Source: Takakia lepidozioides
Lineage: Eukaryota > Plantae > Bryophyta
NCBI GenBank assembly: GCA_030704615.1
Contig: CM060733.1
Coordinates: 19,220,001 to 19,284,000, forward strand
Length of the DNA stretch: 64,000 nucleotides
Direction of reading: 5' to 3'
In this document: positions 12,461-23,687 of the stretch, in pieces
Numbering within the stretch: position 1 is the first letter of the stretch
Layout of the letters: each line of letters opens with the position of its first letter
Made by a program: the position numbers and the translations under genes
The notes under the pieces: generated by a model
What the model was told of the DNA's origin: nothing
The model's database searches: none
Seen by the model: only the letters and a program-made list of their open reading frames with translations

Positions 12461-13124
12461 ATTTTGTGCTTCGAGAACTTTGTGGGTATGTTTGTCATAC
12501 ATAGAAAAATCATAGATTTTCCGAAATGATTATGAAATACCCAGGGACCAGGCGAAATACCCACATATACGTCATGACCAAATATGACACCATTGTAAAT
12601 TTGTTTACAGGGTAAACCACTTCTTCCCCATCACACGAGTGTAAATGTGAAGAAAACGTTTCTCATGCAATTGAAATTGGCAGGTGCCGCACATGTGCAT
12701 TGTGTATTAACAAAATTGGTGATATACAAAATTGGCAGAATGTTATCACTGTGTTTTCCAACAATATTCAAGGTACAACAAGAATGCACATTGTCTATGT
12801 ATTACGCTGCTAGTCATTAAAAGCACTGTCCGAGGACAATGAATGTGATGTTGTGGCCTGATTTGCACTGCCAATACGAAGACCTTACGACCGTGATCTC
12901 GTAGTCAATGAGGGGCCCAATGGCACGTGATCAATTCTGGTCTGCATCCGCCTACTTCGCGGCGAAAGTTGACTTTCTTCTTCACTCTCACGACGAGGTG
13001 GATCGACAACAAGTGCTCGGGCTGCATGCAAATCGGCAACGAGGCCGTCCACATTCAGCAATAGAGCCCCCGAAACACGATGATAATGGTCTGTCCATAG
13101 TCGCCTCCATTGCTCTACAACTGC

Positions 13125-14296
13125 CTAGATGATACTTTTGAAACTTTCCAACTGCCTCTCGCGGGCCCTGTCCCTAATCATATTGTCGTTTCGACGATTA
13201 GTCACCTCGTACACCTCATTCATTCGGCATTGACATATTATAGCATCTTTCAGTTTGGACAACAACAAATGTCTCTCAATCGGTTCTCGGTCAAACAATT
13301 CGTTCTCCTCCGGCACCCATAGAACCTGTGGGAGCCGGATAAACCTCGACCTTCTCTGACTCCAATGCCCTCCCAGATTGTGGCAAAACTGCTCTCTCTC
13401 TCTCCCACCAATCAGGAATGCCTCCCGCACGTATGGTTATCTCCCAGTCAGATGTGACCCAGAAATATCGGGGATCTTTGACGTATGCCGGGTTTCCGGC
13501 ATGTTTGCCATGCATCTCTCTGTCTGCGTCCCATACCAAGTTCTTGCCCCAATGCAAAAAATTCAGGAATGTGAATGGTAGCCCATCCAATGGGAGGTTG
13601 TGTCGATTATATTCAAAACCTATGGGTAGCCGATCCTCCAAGCCCACCAGCTCATAGAAACGGCGATGGATTGGTGTACGACATTTTGGGCAAGCGCTTA
13701 TCCGTAAGGCTTGCGGGATAAGACATGTGAGATGGAACATATGTCCACATGATCCAACCGCATGACATCCCTCTGGGCCGTATGGATTCATGCACATCGA
13801 ACAAACTGTGTCATCTGATATCCACGACGGCAAAACGCGTCGTGGTATCTCCTCCCTCTGGGCCGGTTTGATGTGGCTGGTCATCCTTATTGTGGTGTCT
13901 CACTCTTCCTCTATCTCAAATTCCCAGTTTATGCTTCTGTTCGACCCCGAAATTTTGTGCTCACATCGATCGAACATAGAATCCACATCTGCCCAGTTGG
14001 TATACCCAGCGAACACGCTTGATGCGATGCGGAGATCGTTATATCTTTGCATGTTGGCATAAATGCTATCCACGCTACAGTTCGACATGCGTGCGACACG
14101 TTGCAAGTCCATGTCCATGACGTTTGTTCGATCCTCATTGTGGACAACAGTGCCTTCATTGTTTGGAGGCATGTTTTGCAATCTAGCTTCCAACTCGGCT
14201 ATACGCGGTGTTTGTCAGTCTAGTCGGTTCTGCAGGGTCCTAATTCGCTGGTCTCTTTCCGCCAGTTGTTCCTCTAACGTTGCCCCCGGTTGTATT
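13125..14296 (-). pseudogene. Coiled-coil plus RING-H2 protein gene, 3' half; the 5' half lies at about 23688-24150 beyond the retrotransposon
   Basis: RING-H2 CSMC..SCGHMFHLTC..CPKC in ORF 13291-13884. Removing the 14297-23687 insert and one TSD copy restores the frame ..YISDMFGI|QPGATLEEQLAERDQRIRTLQ.. The gene also has internal stops and frameshifts. Confidence 0.75.
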
Positions 14297-14818
14297 TGTC
14301 GTGCGCATACGTATCGCTACACAACTACATCGCTGTCTAAACTACACCACACATATATGGACAATAAAGTAGTCTGCCACAATGATAGAAACTTAGACTC
14401 ACACTGTTGACACAAGAACATGAAATACAACACCATCACTCGTTAAACTAAGAGTCGAGCCAGGGGCACCCCAAGCTATGGGGACTCCACCCCACAACAT
14501 CATATTCTCCCTTCATAAGCACACTCAGATTCTAAGCAGTGAAGGAGCTCGGTCGTGTAGGCTCAACTCGAGAGAGATGAGCCGCACGACTGACGCTCTC
14601 GTGAAGATAAGATGGTTCAGGTGTCAAGCTAAACTTGACACCTGACTTAACACTTGAACTAAATCCAAGTGTTAAATACAAATAACTAGCTTTATTCTAG
14701 TTAGTTTCACACTGTGTTTATTTAACTTGACAGCTGTCGTGCGCATACATCCACTACACAACTACATCGTTGTCCAAACTACACCACACATATATGGACA
14801 ATAAAGTAGTCTGCCACA
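14297..14818 (-). repeat. 3' terminal A-B-A repeat block of copy 1 (A 14735-14818, B 14383-14732, A 14297-14381)
   Basis: The two A copies match directly, and this B matches 23339-23687 with roughly 10 differences in 350 bp. The A/B junction is the palindrome GACAGCTGTC. Confidence 0.95.
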
Positions 14819-15078
14819 ATCGCCCCCCTAGCTGGTGGATAGGTCCCTCTAACTCCAGATAGCTACAAGATATAATAGCCACAGCCGTACTAAGTCCTCT
14901 ATCACTGTCCATATTATACTCAAACTCTATAGACCAAGAGGTTGGGTACAAGAGTAGCCCCATCGTTAGTCGTCGTCTTGCAATCTGTGAACTTGAGTCA
15001 GGATCTCGTGTGTTCAAGATCTCATAGTAGCTTGGCCTTGCATTTCTTGTTAGCCTTCCATGGTTGTATCCACTCCCA

Positions 15079-18000
15079 CTATCCAATGCAATGCGGACAT
15101 AACCAATCCCCATCAGGAACCATCTCAAGAGGTGGAGTCAAACAGCCCATATGCCAACCTCTAGAGCATCGATCACACACCAGCATGGTGGCTGCCCCTC
15201 TAGCAGACCCACACAACATGCACCTCAAACTTGCAGGTACCACTACCAGGTTTGGGTTAATCCTGCCATCGACATTCGGAAGGTGACATAGCGCACAATT
15301 ACGCACATGGTCCTTCCAAGTTATGTCATCCCGACCCTCCAAGATCAAGACGCCTGAAGGCAATACCTCTTGAACCCTCAAAATAACACGTCCTGCAGTC
15401 ACATCCAAGGTCGTAGGAGCAGTCTGCTGCAGATAAACATAGTCACCAGGGTTAAAATCTCCGGATCCCAGGACGATAGCCCCCACCACATATGGTAGCA
15501 TACCTCAACGTATCACGATGTTGTGCAATGGCAAGAGTCTTAAAAGCCATGGGCATGACTTTCTTGAACAACTCTGCACGCTGATCACATGCACGTGCCC
15601 ACACGTCCGGATCATCAAGGTTAAGAACTGTAGCATCTTCTCTACGAATGGATGTAGGCAAATCGGCTCTCGGCCAAAGAGAAGAAAGTATGGTGAGAAG
15701 GAGACAAGTGATGCTTGCTTGCTGAACCTGTAGCCCATGGCTAACCAGGATTACTGAAGGTCCCAATCTCCTAGGTGTCCCTTCTGCAAGCCATACTTGC
15801 GCAAACCCCTCTTTATTGTCTGAACAACCCTCTCTGCCAAGCCATCGGCCTCAGGATGATCCCGAGAAGTGGTGCAGTGGTCTACCAAGGCCTTGTCACA
15901 CAAAGCCTGATACTCCCCCAAGAACTCTCTCCTTTGGTCCGTGAGTACCTCAGCTGGAGCATAGAATCGGCTAAGTACACAATCCAAGAATGCATACGCA
16001 GCTCCTTCACTAGCCTTATCAGGCAATGGAACCAACTCGATCCACTTGGAGAAGTGCTCTACCATCACCAACACGTACTTGTTGTGGCGCATGATCAGTG
16101 GCAATGGCCCTGCGAAGTCAAGACTCCACCTGTAGCCCAATCCCATGATCGGAAGAGGGTGCAATTGTGGAGTAGGGGCGTTGAATGAAGCATGCACCTT
16201 GTCACACACCATGCACCTAGCCACAAATTGTTGCACCTCTGTGTGCATACCACGCCACCAATACTGCCCCTGAAGTAGACTATGAGTGCGTCGCACCCCA
16301 AAATGCCCCAATTCCTCATGGGCATGCCGCACTAACCGTGCCCGCTGTGTTGGGTGAGGCACAATCCTCACTCGACCATCCTCCCACATTCGGAGCAGGT
16401 GTGTCCCCTCCCACTTGAACCTCTTGGCTTGTTATAGGATCCGATCCCTCTCCTTGGCAGTCAGCGTGGTTGCCGTGTCTCCAGTGCGGAGGTAGTCCAA
16501 CACAGCTGAATCCTCATGTATATCTTTGGCGCCACCTTGCTCATTGCTGGCCTCAGGGTCCTCAGACAATATCTACAGTCATCCCTGTTGCTGGTCCAAC
16601 CTGGCCTTCCGCTGCTAAGATACTCAGAAATGCAGATGCATGCCATCCGGGCACCATCTCTTCGTCTGTCTCACCATGCCACCGAGCTCCAATGTCATCA
16701 TGTTGGCTCGTGCATGGATTGCGACTCAACCCATCTGCATCCCGATTGACCAAACCCGGTCGATGCACAACCTGAAAGTCATTCTCTTGAAGGATGAGTG
16801 CCCACCATGCAAGCTTCCCCGTAAGCTTGTCTGACTCCATCAACCACTTGAGTGGTTGGTGATCCATGACAAGGATGAAGAGATTTTCATATAGATAGCA
16901 CCTGAAGTGTGCCACGGCCCATACTGCAGCTAAGCATTCTCCCTCATATGACTTATACTTAGACTCTGCAGTGTTGTTCGAGCGGCTAGCATAAGCCACT
17001 ACAAACTCTCTTCCCTCATCATCCACTTGTGTGAGCACCGCTCCAAGCCCCAGCATGCTCCAATCTGTATGCAGCTGAAAATGACGCCCCCTGATAGATC
17101 GTCTCAAGATGGGCGCCGAGGTCAACCTTGCCTTGAGCTCTTGAAAAGCTTGTTCTTGCTAATCTTCCCACTGCCACTCCTGGTCCACCTTGGTCAGTTT
17201 GGTTAGAGCCTTTGCAATGGCACTAAATCCCTTAACAAACCGTCTATAATAGTTTGCTAACCCCATGAAAGCTCGAACTTGGCTCACATCAATAGGGCGT
17301 GGAATCTGTGCAATAGACTCTACCTTAGTCTACTGTACCCCCAATCCTCCAGGATGTATCATGTGACCCAGATACTCAATTTGGTTGTGGAAAAACTTGC
17401 ACTTCCCCGGATGTAACTTCAATCCGTGCGCCCTCAAGCGCTCAAATATCACCTGAAGATGTCTCTCATGCTCCTCCACTGTAGCACTAAAGACGATGAT
17501 GTCATCTATATAGCACCGAGCAAACTCCACCCCTGCTAGAATCCTGTCCATGACTCTCTGAAACTCTGCCGGAGCGTTCTTAAGCCCAAATGGTAAGAAC
17601 CGCCACTGGTATAGGCAATCCTTCCTGTGCTCATTGATCCCCCATAATGTTGTCTTCTGCTTATCCGCCTCCTTGATCGGCAACTGGTGATATCCGGATC
17701 GTAAATCCAAAGTGCTAAAGACCTTGGCATGCCCAATGGCATCAAAGATCTCCTCTGGTGTCGGCATGGCATACCTATCGGACTTGGTCTGACGATTTAG
17801 AGGCTGGTAATCACCGCACATACGTGTCTCTGTCCAATTGCCATAGACATCCTTCTTGGCTGGCATCACTGTGGCTGAAGCATACTCTCCCCCAGATAGC
17901 TCCACCAAACCAGCCTCCCAAAGGTCCTGAGTTCTTATTTGAATCAAGGACCTCTCCATGTCACTGTATCTATAGGGTCTCCGAAAGATTGGCGTGTCAG

Positions 18001-20222
18001 TAGCCAATTCAATGCAAATCTCTTGACCCTTCAGTGCTCCTAAGTCCTTCAAACAGAAGGCAAAGCAGTTCCTGTAAGCCCTCAAGAACCGCCGTATACG
18101 TCGTCTTTCTCCTCTGGTGACTATAGGTCCAACATCAGGCTCCCAGTTGTCCTCCGTGACTGCAACCTTGAGTCCAGCAGGCTTAGAGGTAGAAGACGCG
18201 TCCCGTGGTTGCTATGCTGCAACCTCTTGAGCAGTGACCACTGCCTCCTCTGTCAGTGACAATGTCTCATCCTGCCCCATCATCCCATCCTTGAGGACCT
18301 CCTCAACCCGAGAAAAATCCCCAACTTCATCCATCACGGCCGCCTTGGCTGCTAACTCCTTTTGAACCTCGAGCACCTCCCACGTGTGCCATGGATGCGG
18401 CCTACACCTTGTGGTCCTCACCTGTTCACCCCCACTCGCTGCCTATACCGTCTCGGTAGGCAGGGAGACCATCAAGGAAAGTGTACTCCGTACTCGGCGC
18501 TGCTCAGCCATAGCCAAGCTGATAATCCAGGTCAAGCAATTGAAATCCATTGCTTGCCCCAACACCTGACGACGTGATGCCTCAGAAAGAGATGGCATCG
18601 CCGTGGTACCAGTGGTAAAACCCATCGCCCGCTCGCGCTCGTCAGCATTGGGCTCCACTAATTGGTGCAACTAGCTAAACCACAAGAGGCCAGGTCCACC
18701 ATCCCGAAAAGCATGGGATCCTAGAAAACTGAGCAGTATAGGCAATGCGGCTCATGGGTGACCCACCTTATTGACCACTGCCAAAGGTGATCGGTCATCG
18801 TGTCTCACACGCTAAGACTGTCTCCCTATGTCCAAAATGCTATCAACCGTCAGGTGTGGTGGCTGCTGCACCCCATCAAATGCACGCTTGAGCAGTGCAG
18901 GTGGCATTAAGTTGGTCCACCATAGTCGTGGGCGATGAGCCCGTGACCCCACTGCTGCTGCATCCAGCAACACTGCTAATCCAAGCCAAGACCGCACTTG
19001 ATGCACACTGGCCATTACCTTGGCCCGAGAATCACCCCTTAATGGCACATTCTCCAAGATATATGCTGGAGAGTCTGTCTGCTGAAGTTGTAAATAACAT
19101 AGGACCCTCAACATTTCCCAAAACAGACGTGACCTTGAGTCGTGTAACCCATTGCCATGCCCGGCTCATGAATGCCCTTGGCAGGGCCAACCTGCCACTA
19201 CCAAGTGAATAGGGTCAACCCGTTCCAAACCATACGCCCCCAGCAAAGAGATGTCTGCTGGCAATGCTTGTTGGTATCCACGAACTGCAGACACTGGCAA
19301 CAAATCAGGGTACTGCTGCACCAATTGAGCAACATGGCGCAGTGAGACGCGTCGTGCAGTCTCATCCCTCTCCACATACAGGTAACGTCGAAGTCATACA
19401 CCTGCCTGCAGCACTGCAGCCAATCAAGTGTTGATTCCGCCAAACAAGTCCAGAAGGCATATGCCTTCATCCGGGCACTACCACACAAGAGGTATGGTGT
19501 CCAATGGCAACAACTAAGGTGGTCCTGGTGCAATCACCGCACTCTCCTCCTCTCCTGACGGTACGAAGGCCTCTATCCAGGCTTGTTGCACATGTCTATC
19601 AACAGCCTGATGCAAATCCTTGCTCGTACCCCACAATGGAGTGTGAGCAACCATGGCAGACAACTCCACCGTACCATGCATGTCATCCTGCTCTGCTAGA
19701 GGCGGCACATCCTCTGCATGGGCATTGCCCTCCAGCAACTCTCCAGGCCAACTAACTTCAGCTGTGAAGGCTGCTAGTGTTGGAATCTTGCCCCGCTGGG
19801 CAGCAGCAACACCCCCAATGAATGTCACAGGGAGTTGTACACGACGACCATCCTCTGACTGCCATCCAGGCCTGTAGGATGCTGACTCCTCCCAAAAATC
19901 CAGGGTGAAGCCCATGGGATATAACACTGCCCCACCAACGAGGACATCATAAGAGACCGCATCTGTCACAATGGCCTTGGCTCGCATCACTGAGCCATCT
20001 ATAGGATGATCCGGCTGTAGTCAAATGACCAACTCACGCCGTGTCATGCCCCAAGCCCGCTCTGATCCTCCCAGAGATGTCTATCTCGAAAGGACAAAGC
20101 TCCATATCTGCCTCCATGAGGCCCAAACTTGCAATAGCAGCTCTGCCCAACATCAATGGCTGAGCTCCGAAGTCCAACAAGACCCGTAGTGGCCAGTACC
20201 TCTTGCCTGCCGGTCCACTCAA
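15079..20222 (-). pseudogene. pol of copy 1: aspartic protease, C5 DNA methyltransferase, RT, RNase H, integrase, PHD
   Basis: Protease VLLDFGA; RT FSTLDLRSGYHQ, LPFGLKNAP, YIDDII; RH LHTDWS, YEGECLA, DHQPL; IN HHCC (HAHEELGHFG..CMVC), SLDFAGP, LTDQ, GLAER; PHD C4HC3. Many premature stops. Confidence 0.95.
18520..19469 (-). pseudogene. DNMT3-like cytosine-5 methyltransferase domain within pol
   Basis: Motif I LLDLFGGINT, II YVERD, III DI, IV VVAGWPCQGHS (catalytic PC at 19181-19186), VI YILENV, VIII AHRPRLWWTN, IX ERERAMGF, X RRQVLGQAM. Confidence 0.92.
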
Positions 20223-20416
20223 AGAGAAAATGCATCAACACCCCCACACCAAAATCCATCTGCAGTGCTGATCCTGCAGAACATCCCAGCCCAAAACCCC
20301 GGACTGACTGGCCTCCACCAAGAGAGGCTTTGGCAACTACAAGTACAAAGTAATGAAAATAGTAAAAAGAGGGAGGGGGAGAATAGAAGCCCGACCAAGC
20401 AAGATCTAATCCTGAT

Positions 20417-21161
20417 CTATGCTATCAACTGCCAGACTTCTCTCAAAGTGCCTCGCTCTGCATGATGGTAAGGTGTAGGAGGTATATCTATGTCTAGAAA
20501 CCTGTTACTAACCTTATCCCAAGCTATAGTAGCTCGCTCTAACCAACCCTCCTCCTCTCTCTGCCAGGTAGAGACAAAACAATATTCCCTTATCTCCCGC
20601 TCACTGAACACTAAAGAAAATAAAGGTAGGGTCTGACAGTCTCTCAACTCGAAAGCTTTGAGACGGTTGCGGGTGTCTGCGAATGATTGCATCTCCTTCA
20701 AGCAAAACAAACTTTTCATTGCTAATGAACCTCCGCTCGTGGTTGCCTCGTGTAGAGCGTGTCCGGTTGCAACCATGTCTGATTGCAAAAACTTGTGTAG
20801 CTCCTGCTCCTCTGCTCTAGTACACCACGGCCTTGTGGTTGAACACCTTGGTCCCCGGGGCTGTCTTTGGCTGTGTTCCAAGCCTAGCTTCCACCCACTT
20901 TGGTATTTCACCTACAGGTGCAGAACTGCTTGCTCCAATAGAGTTCTGACTGTCCAAAGCAATATTGAGGCCCTCAACGCCAACTACTGCAGTTTGTTGT
21001 CTATTGCTAATGTCTGACTCCCAGTATGCAATCAACTCGTCCAACTGCTCTCCACTCAAATCAGTCTGAGTTCCTTGAGAAACATAAATCTTGTCCCCTT
21101 GTGTGCACAGGCTAAGAGAAGAGACTTGCCCTTCAATTACGTCCTCATTTCCCCCAACCAT
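20417..21161 (-). pseudogene. Unidentified accessory ORF (two overlapping frames) in the 5' region of copy 1
   Basis: ORFs 20817-21161 and 20417-20911 overlap and read like a single frameshifted protein. No family recognised. Confidence 0.35.
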
Positions 21162-22290
21162 ACAAGGGGGACATCCCCAAATTTGTCTCTCATGTAGACC
21201 ACAACAGGTTCTAGAAACATAATTGTGGATCTTTCATAGCACACTCACACTCCATAGATTTTTAGCAGAGTCCAAAAAACTAAAACCAGGTCTAGATAAG
21301 TAGATTTCCCCTTTCTGCAGCTATCCCCCCAAAAACTGAGTCAAATGGAGTTCATTTGACAAAGATATGACCAATTAGGCTCCAAATCATTTAAATTAGA
21401 TCAAAAGGGGTTTTTTTTTTTTTTTAAACACCAAAACGTTCTCGCCATTAAAAACTGCTCCCAAGTCATCTACGAGTTCCCAACACGTCCATGTAGTTCT
21501 CACAGATTCCCTGGATTTCACCTACAGGTGTTTCAAACATACACCGGTGAACTGCTATGCTCCAGCCAAGATCTGTAGCTATGCCGACTCTGGGGCTTTG
21601 ATCCTTCGCATCCACTCCATCTAGCACACCCTTCCATGCCACACTTGACGTGCACATGCCTCAGGGAAGCAATCTGAACAACTCCAACTTTGACCACCCA
21701 CAATGAAATCCTTCGCTCTTCATCAGGGCTGCCAAGCTTCTATTGCAAGCACATGTAAATGAATTATGTGGAGCCTAAGTCACACATCTGCCCCTTCAGT
21801 TGATCACTTGTCTATCAAGGCATTTTCCCACACCTAAGTGGGTTATACCCTGTCTTAATCACACTCCCTTAGACCAGATTTCAGCCATGTCATCAGTCGC
21901 TCCAACCTAGCAAACCATCGCAGTTCATCTCTAACAGACCTCAATTACCTCTCCTCATACAATGCAAGGAACTAATCTTCAGAGGAACAAAATCTAACTC
22001 CTACCAACTCATCTAGCTCTACCAAGTTCTGCGCTTTTGCCTCGCCCAATCTGCATCAGCCCCCAGGGTGCAAAACATAGGGCGCACGCTTCTCGCAGAC
22101 TTATTCCAAATGTTGTGCCTCGTAACAATGCACTGCAAAATACCCTCAGATCATGTCATATGACCGAAACACCTCCCAAAGATTGCTGTGTTGCATTCCC
22201 TGAAACACTAGGCACACTAGTGCCCAGCGCAGGAGAGCCTTGGGAAAGTCGGCCATTCCCTGCAACTTACTGCCCGTTCTCCAAAGAGAT

Positions 22291-23013
22291 TCATCCGGTC
22301 CCAAATTTGCTTTCTAAATGCTGGAGACCTGGAGCACCGCCCTGGCCAGTTGTTGTCCCTGGCCGAGCATGGTCTAGAGGTTGCAGAGGTCCTGGTTCTA
22401 ACTTCACGTGTGTTAGCTGCGAGGCTTGCACAGGCAAGAGCTTCTTGTCTCTTTGCTTTCGAAGCTTCTTCTGACTGGAACCTAAGAGCTGAACCTTGGT
22501 CTGCAGGTCCGAAGATTGGTCTGAAGAGAGAGCAAGTGCAGATGGCAGTTGCCCACCAGGTTCTGACAGAGTATCATCAGGGCTTGTCCCTGCATTAGGG
22601 ATGGCTCGAGTGCTTGCATCACGGAAAAGAGAGCCTAAAACTGCACGCATACGTTGATGGTGTCTCAAACAGTACACCTTGGTGGCCATTGGTAAGAGAT
22701 TAACCTCAGTTGTATCATGCAGCTTCCCGCCATACTAAGGGTGATTATTGTTGGCTTTGAACTGCTGCAGCAACACTTCGAATGGTTTCCGCCTTCCTGT
22801 TACTGCCCGTTTGTTTGCTTCAGTGTGCAATTTACAGGTCAAGGATTGGCGACAATAGGCACCAGATTGCCCCGTCACCACCCCACAAAGCACATCTAGC
22901 TCCTCTGTTGTCAACAACTTTGGTTTTTTCCAAGGTGGTGATTTGGTGTCCGCCAGACTTGTGCTTCCTGGCCCCAGCCCTGCTCCATCCTCTCCTGGTC
23001 ATCCTCTCGGCAT
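22291..23013 (-). pseudogene. SCA7 (Sgf73/ataxin-7) zinc-finger cargo ORF inside copy 1
   Basis: LDVLCGVV..GAYCRQSLTCKLHTEANKRAVTGRRKPFEVLL matches the SCA7 pattern (D..CGV..C.RSLTCK.HS..RRAV.GR..FD.LL). One frame runs from ATG 23013 through ORFs 22735-22917 and 22291-22689, with two internal stops. Confidence 0.82.
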
Positions 23014-23326
23014 CCTTGCCAAGCTGACCCATAAGCACGACAACCGCTTCTCATTCGGCCTTCACTACTCGCACACCATACATATGGTCAGAATGAGTCT
23101 GAGTTCCTACTGTCACCACCAACCAAAACCAAGAGGCAGGAGCCCTCCTCTGATTGCTATGCTTCCCATGACCATTTATATACCCAGAAACCAGAGATGA
23201 TCGAAACCTGCATGTTTTTTTTTTTTGTTTTTTTTTTAAGCCTCTCAAACTAAGCACTACTTACACACAGATAATCATACAAGTGCTAACCCTCAACTCC
23301 TACCTTGCACTCACAGGTAAGAGATG

Positions 23327-23338
23327 ATCTCTCTCGAG
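23327..23338 (-). promoter_or_regulatory. Primer-binding site complementary to the element's own LTR (self-priming type)
   Basis: The sense sequence after the LTR end is CTCGAGAGAGAT, with no TGG. Positions 23327-23339 are a perfect 13-nt reverse complement of LTR positions 23521-23533. Confidence 0.8.
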
Positions 23339-23687
23339 TGATAGAAGCTTAGACTCACGCTGTTGACACAAGAACATGAAATACAACACCATTACTCGTT
23401 AAAGTAAGAGTCAAGCCAGGGGCACCCCAAGCTATGGGGACTTCACCCCACAACATCCTATTCTCCTTCATAAGCACACTCAGATTCTAAGCAGTGAAGG
23501 AGCTCGGTCGTGTAGGCTCAACTCGAGAGAGATGAGCCACACGACTGACGCCCTCGTGAAGATAAGATGGTTCAGGTGTCAAGCTAAACTTGACACCTGA
23601 CTTAACACTTGAACTAAATCCAAGTGTTAAATACAAATAACTAGCTTTATTCTAGTTAGTTTCACACTGTGTTTATTTAACTTGACA
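23339..23687 (-). repeat. 5' terminal repeat (B segment only) of copy 1
   Basis: TGTCAAG...CTATCA, 349 bp, matching 14383-14732 and directly abutting the TSD. Confidence 0.95.

Larger units (their letters stand above)
14297..23687 (-). mobile_element. Ty3/gypsy LTR retrotransposon copy 1 (DNMT + PHD + SCA7 family), gag deleted, with split LTRs
   Basis: TGTC...GACA termini and a 4-bp TSD TATT (14293-14296, 23688-23691). Domain order PR-DNMT-RT-RH-IN-PHD. PPT at 14819-14831. Repeats B at 23339-23687 and 14383-14732; repeats A at 14735-14818 and 14297-14381. Confidence 0.95.

Noticed and set aside
18520-19469. Host DNMT gene or bacterial restriction-modification contamination
   Set aside because: The domain is intronless, in frame within pol, and present at the same position in three retroelement copies.
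14297-23687. DIRS/Ngaro tyrosine-recombinase element, suggested by the split repeats
   Set aside because: It encodes an HHCC-DDE integrase and an aspartic protease, has a TSD and a PPT, and shows no YR motifs.
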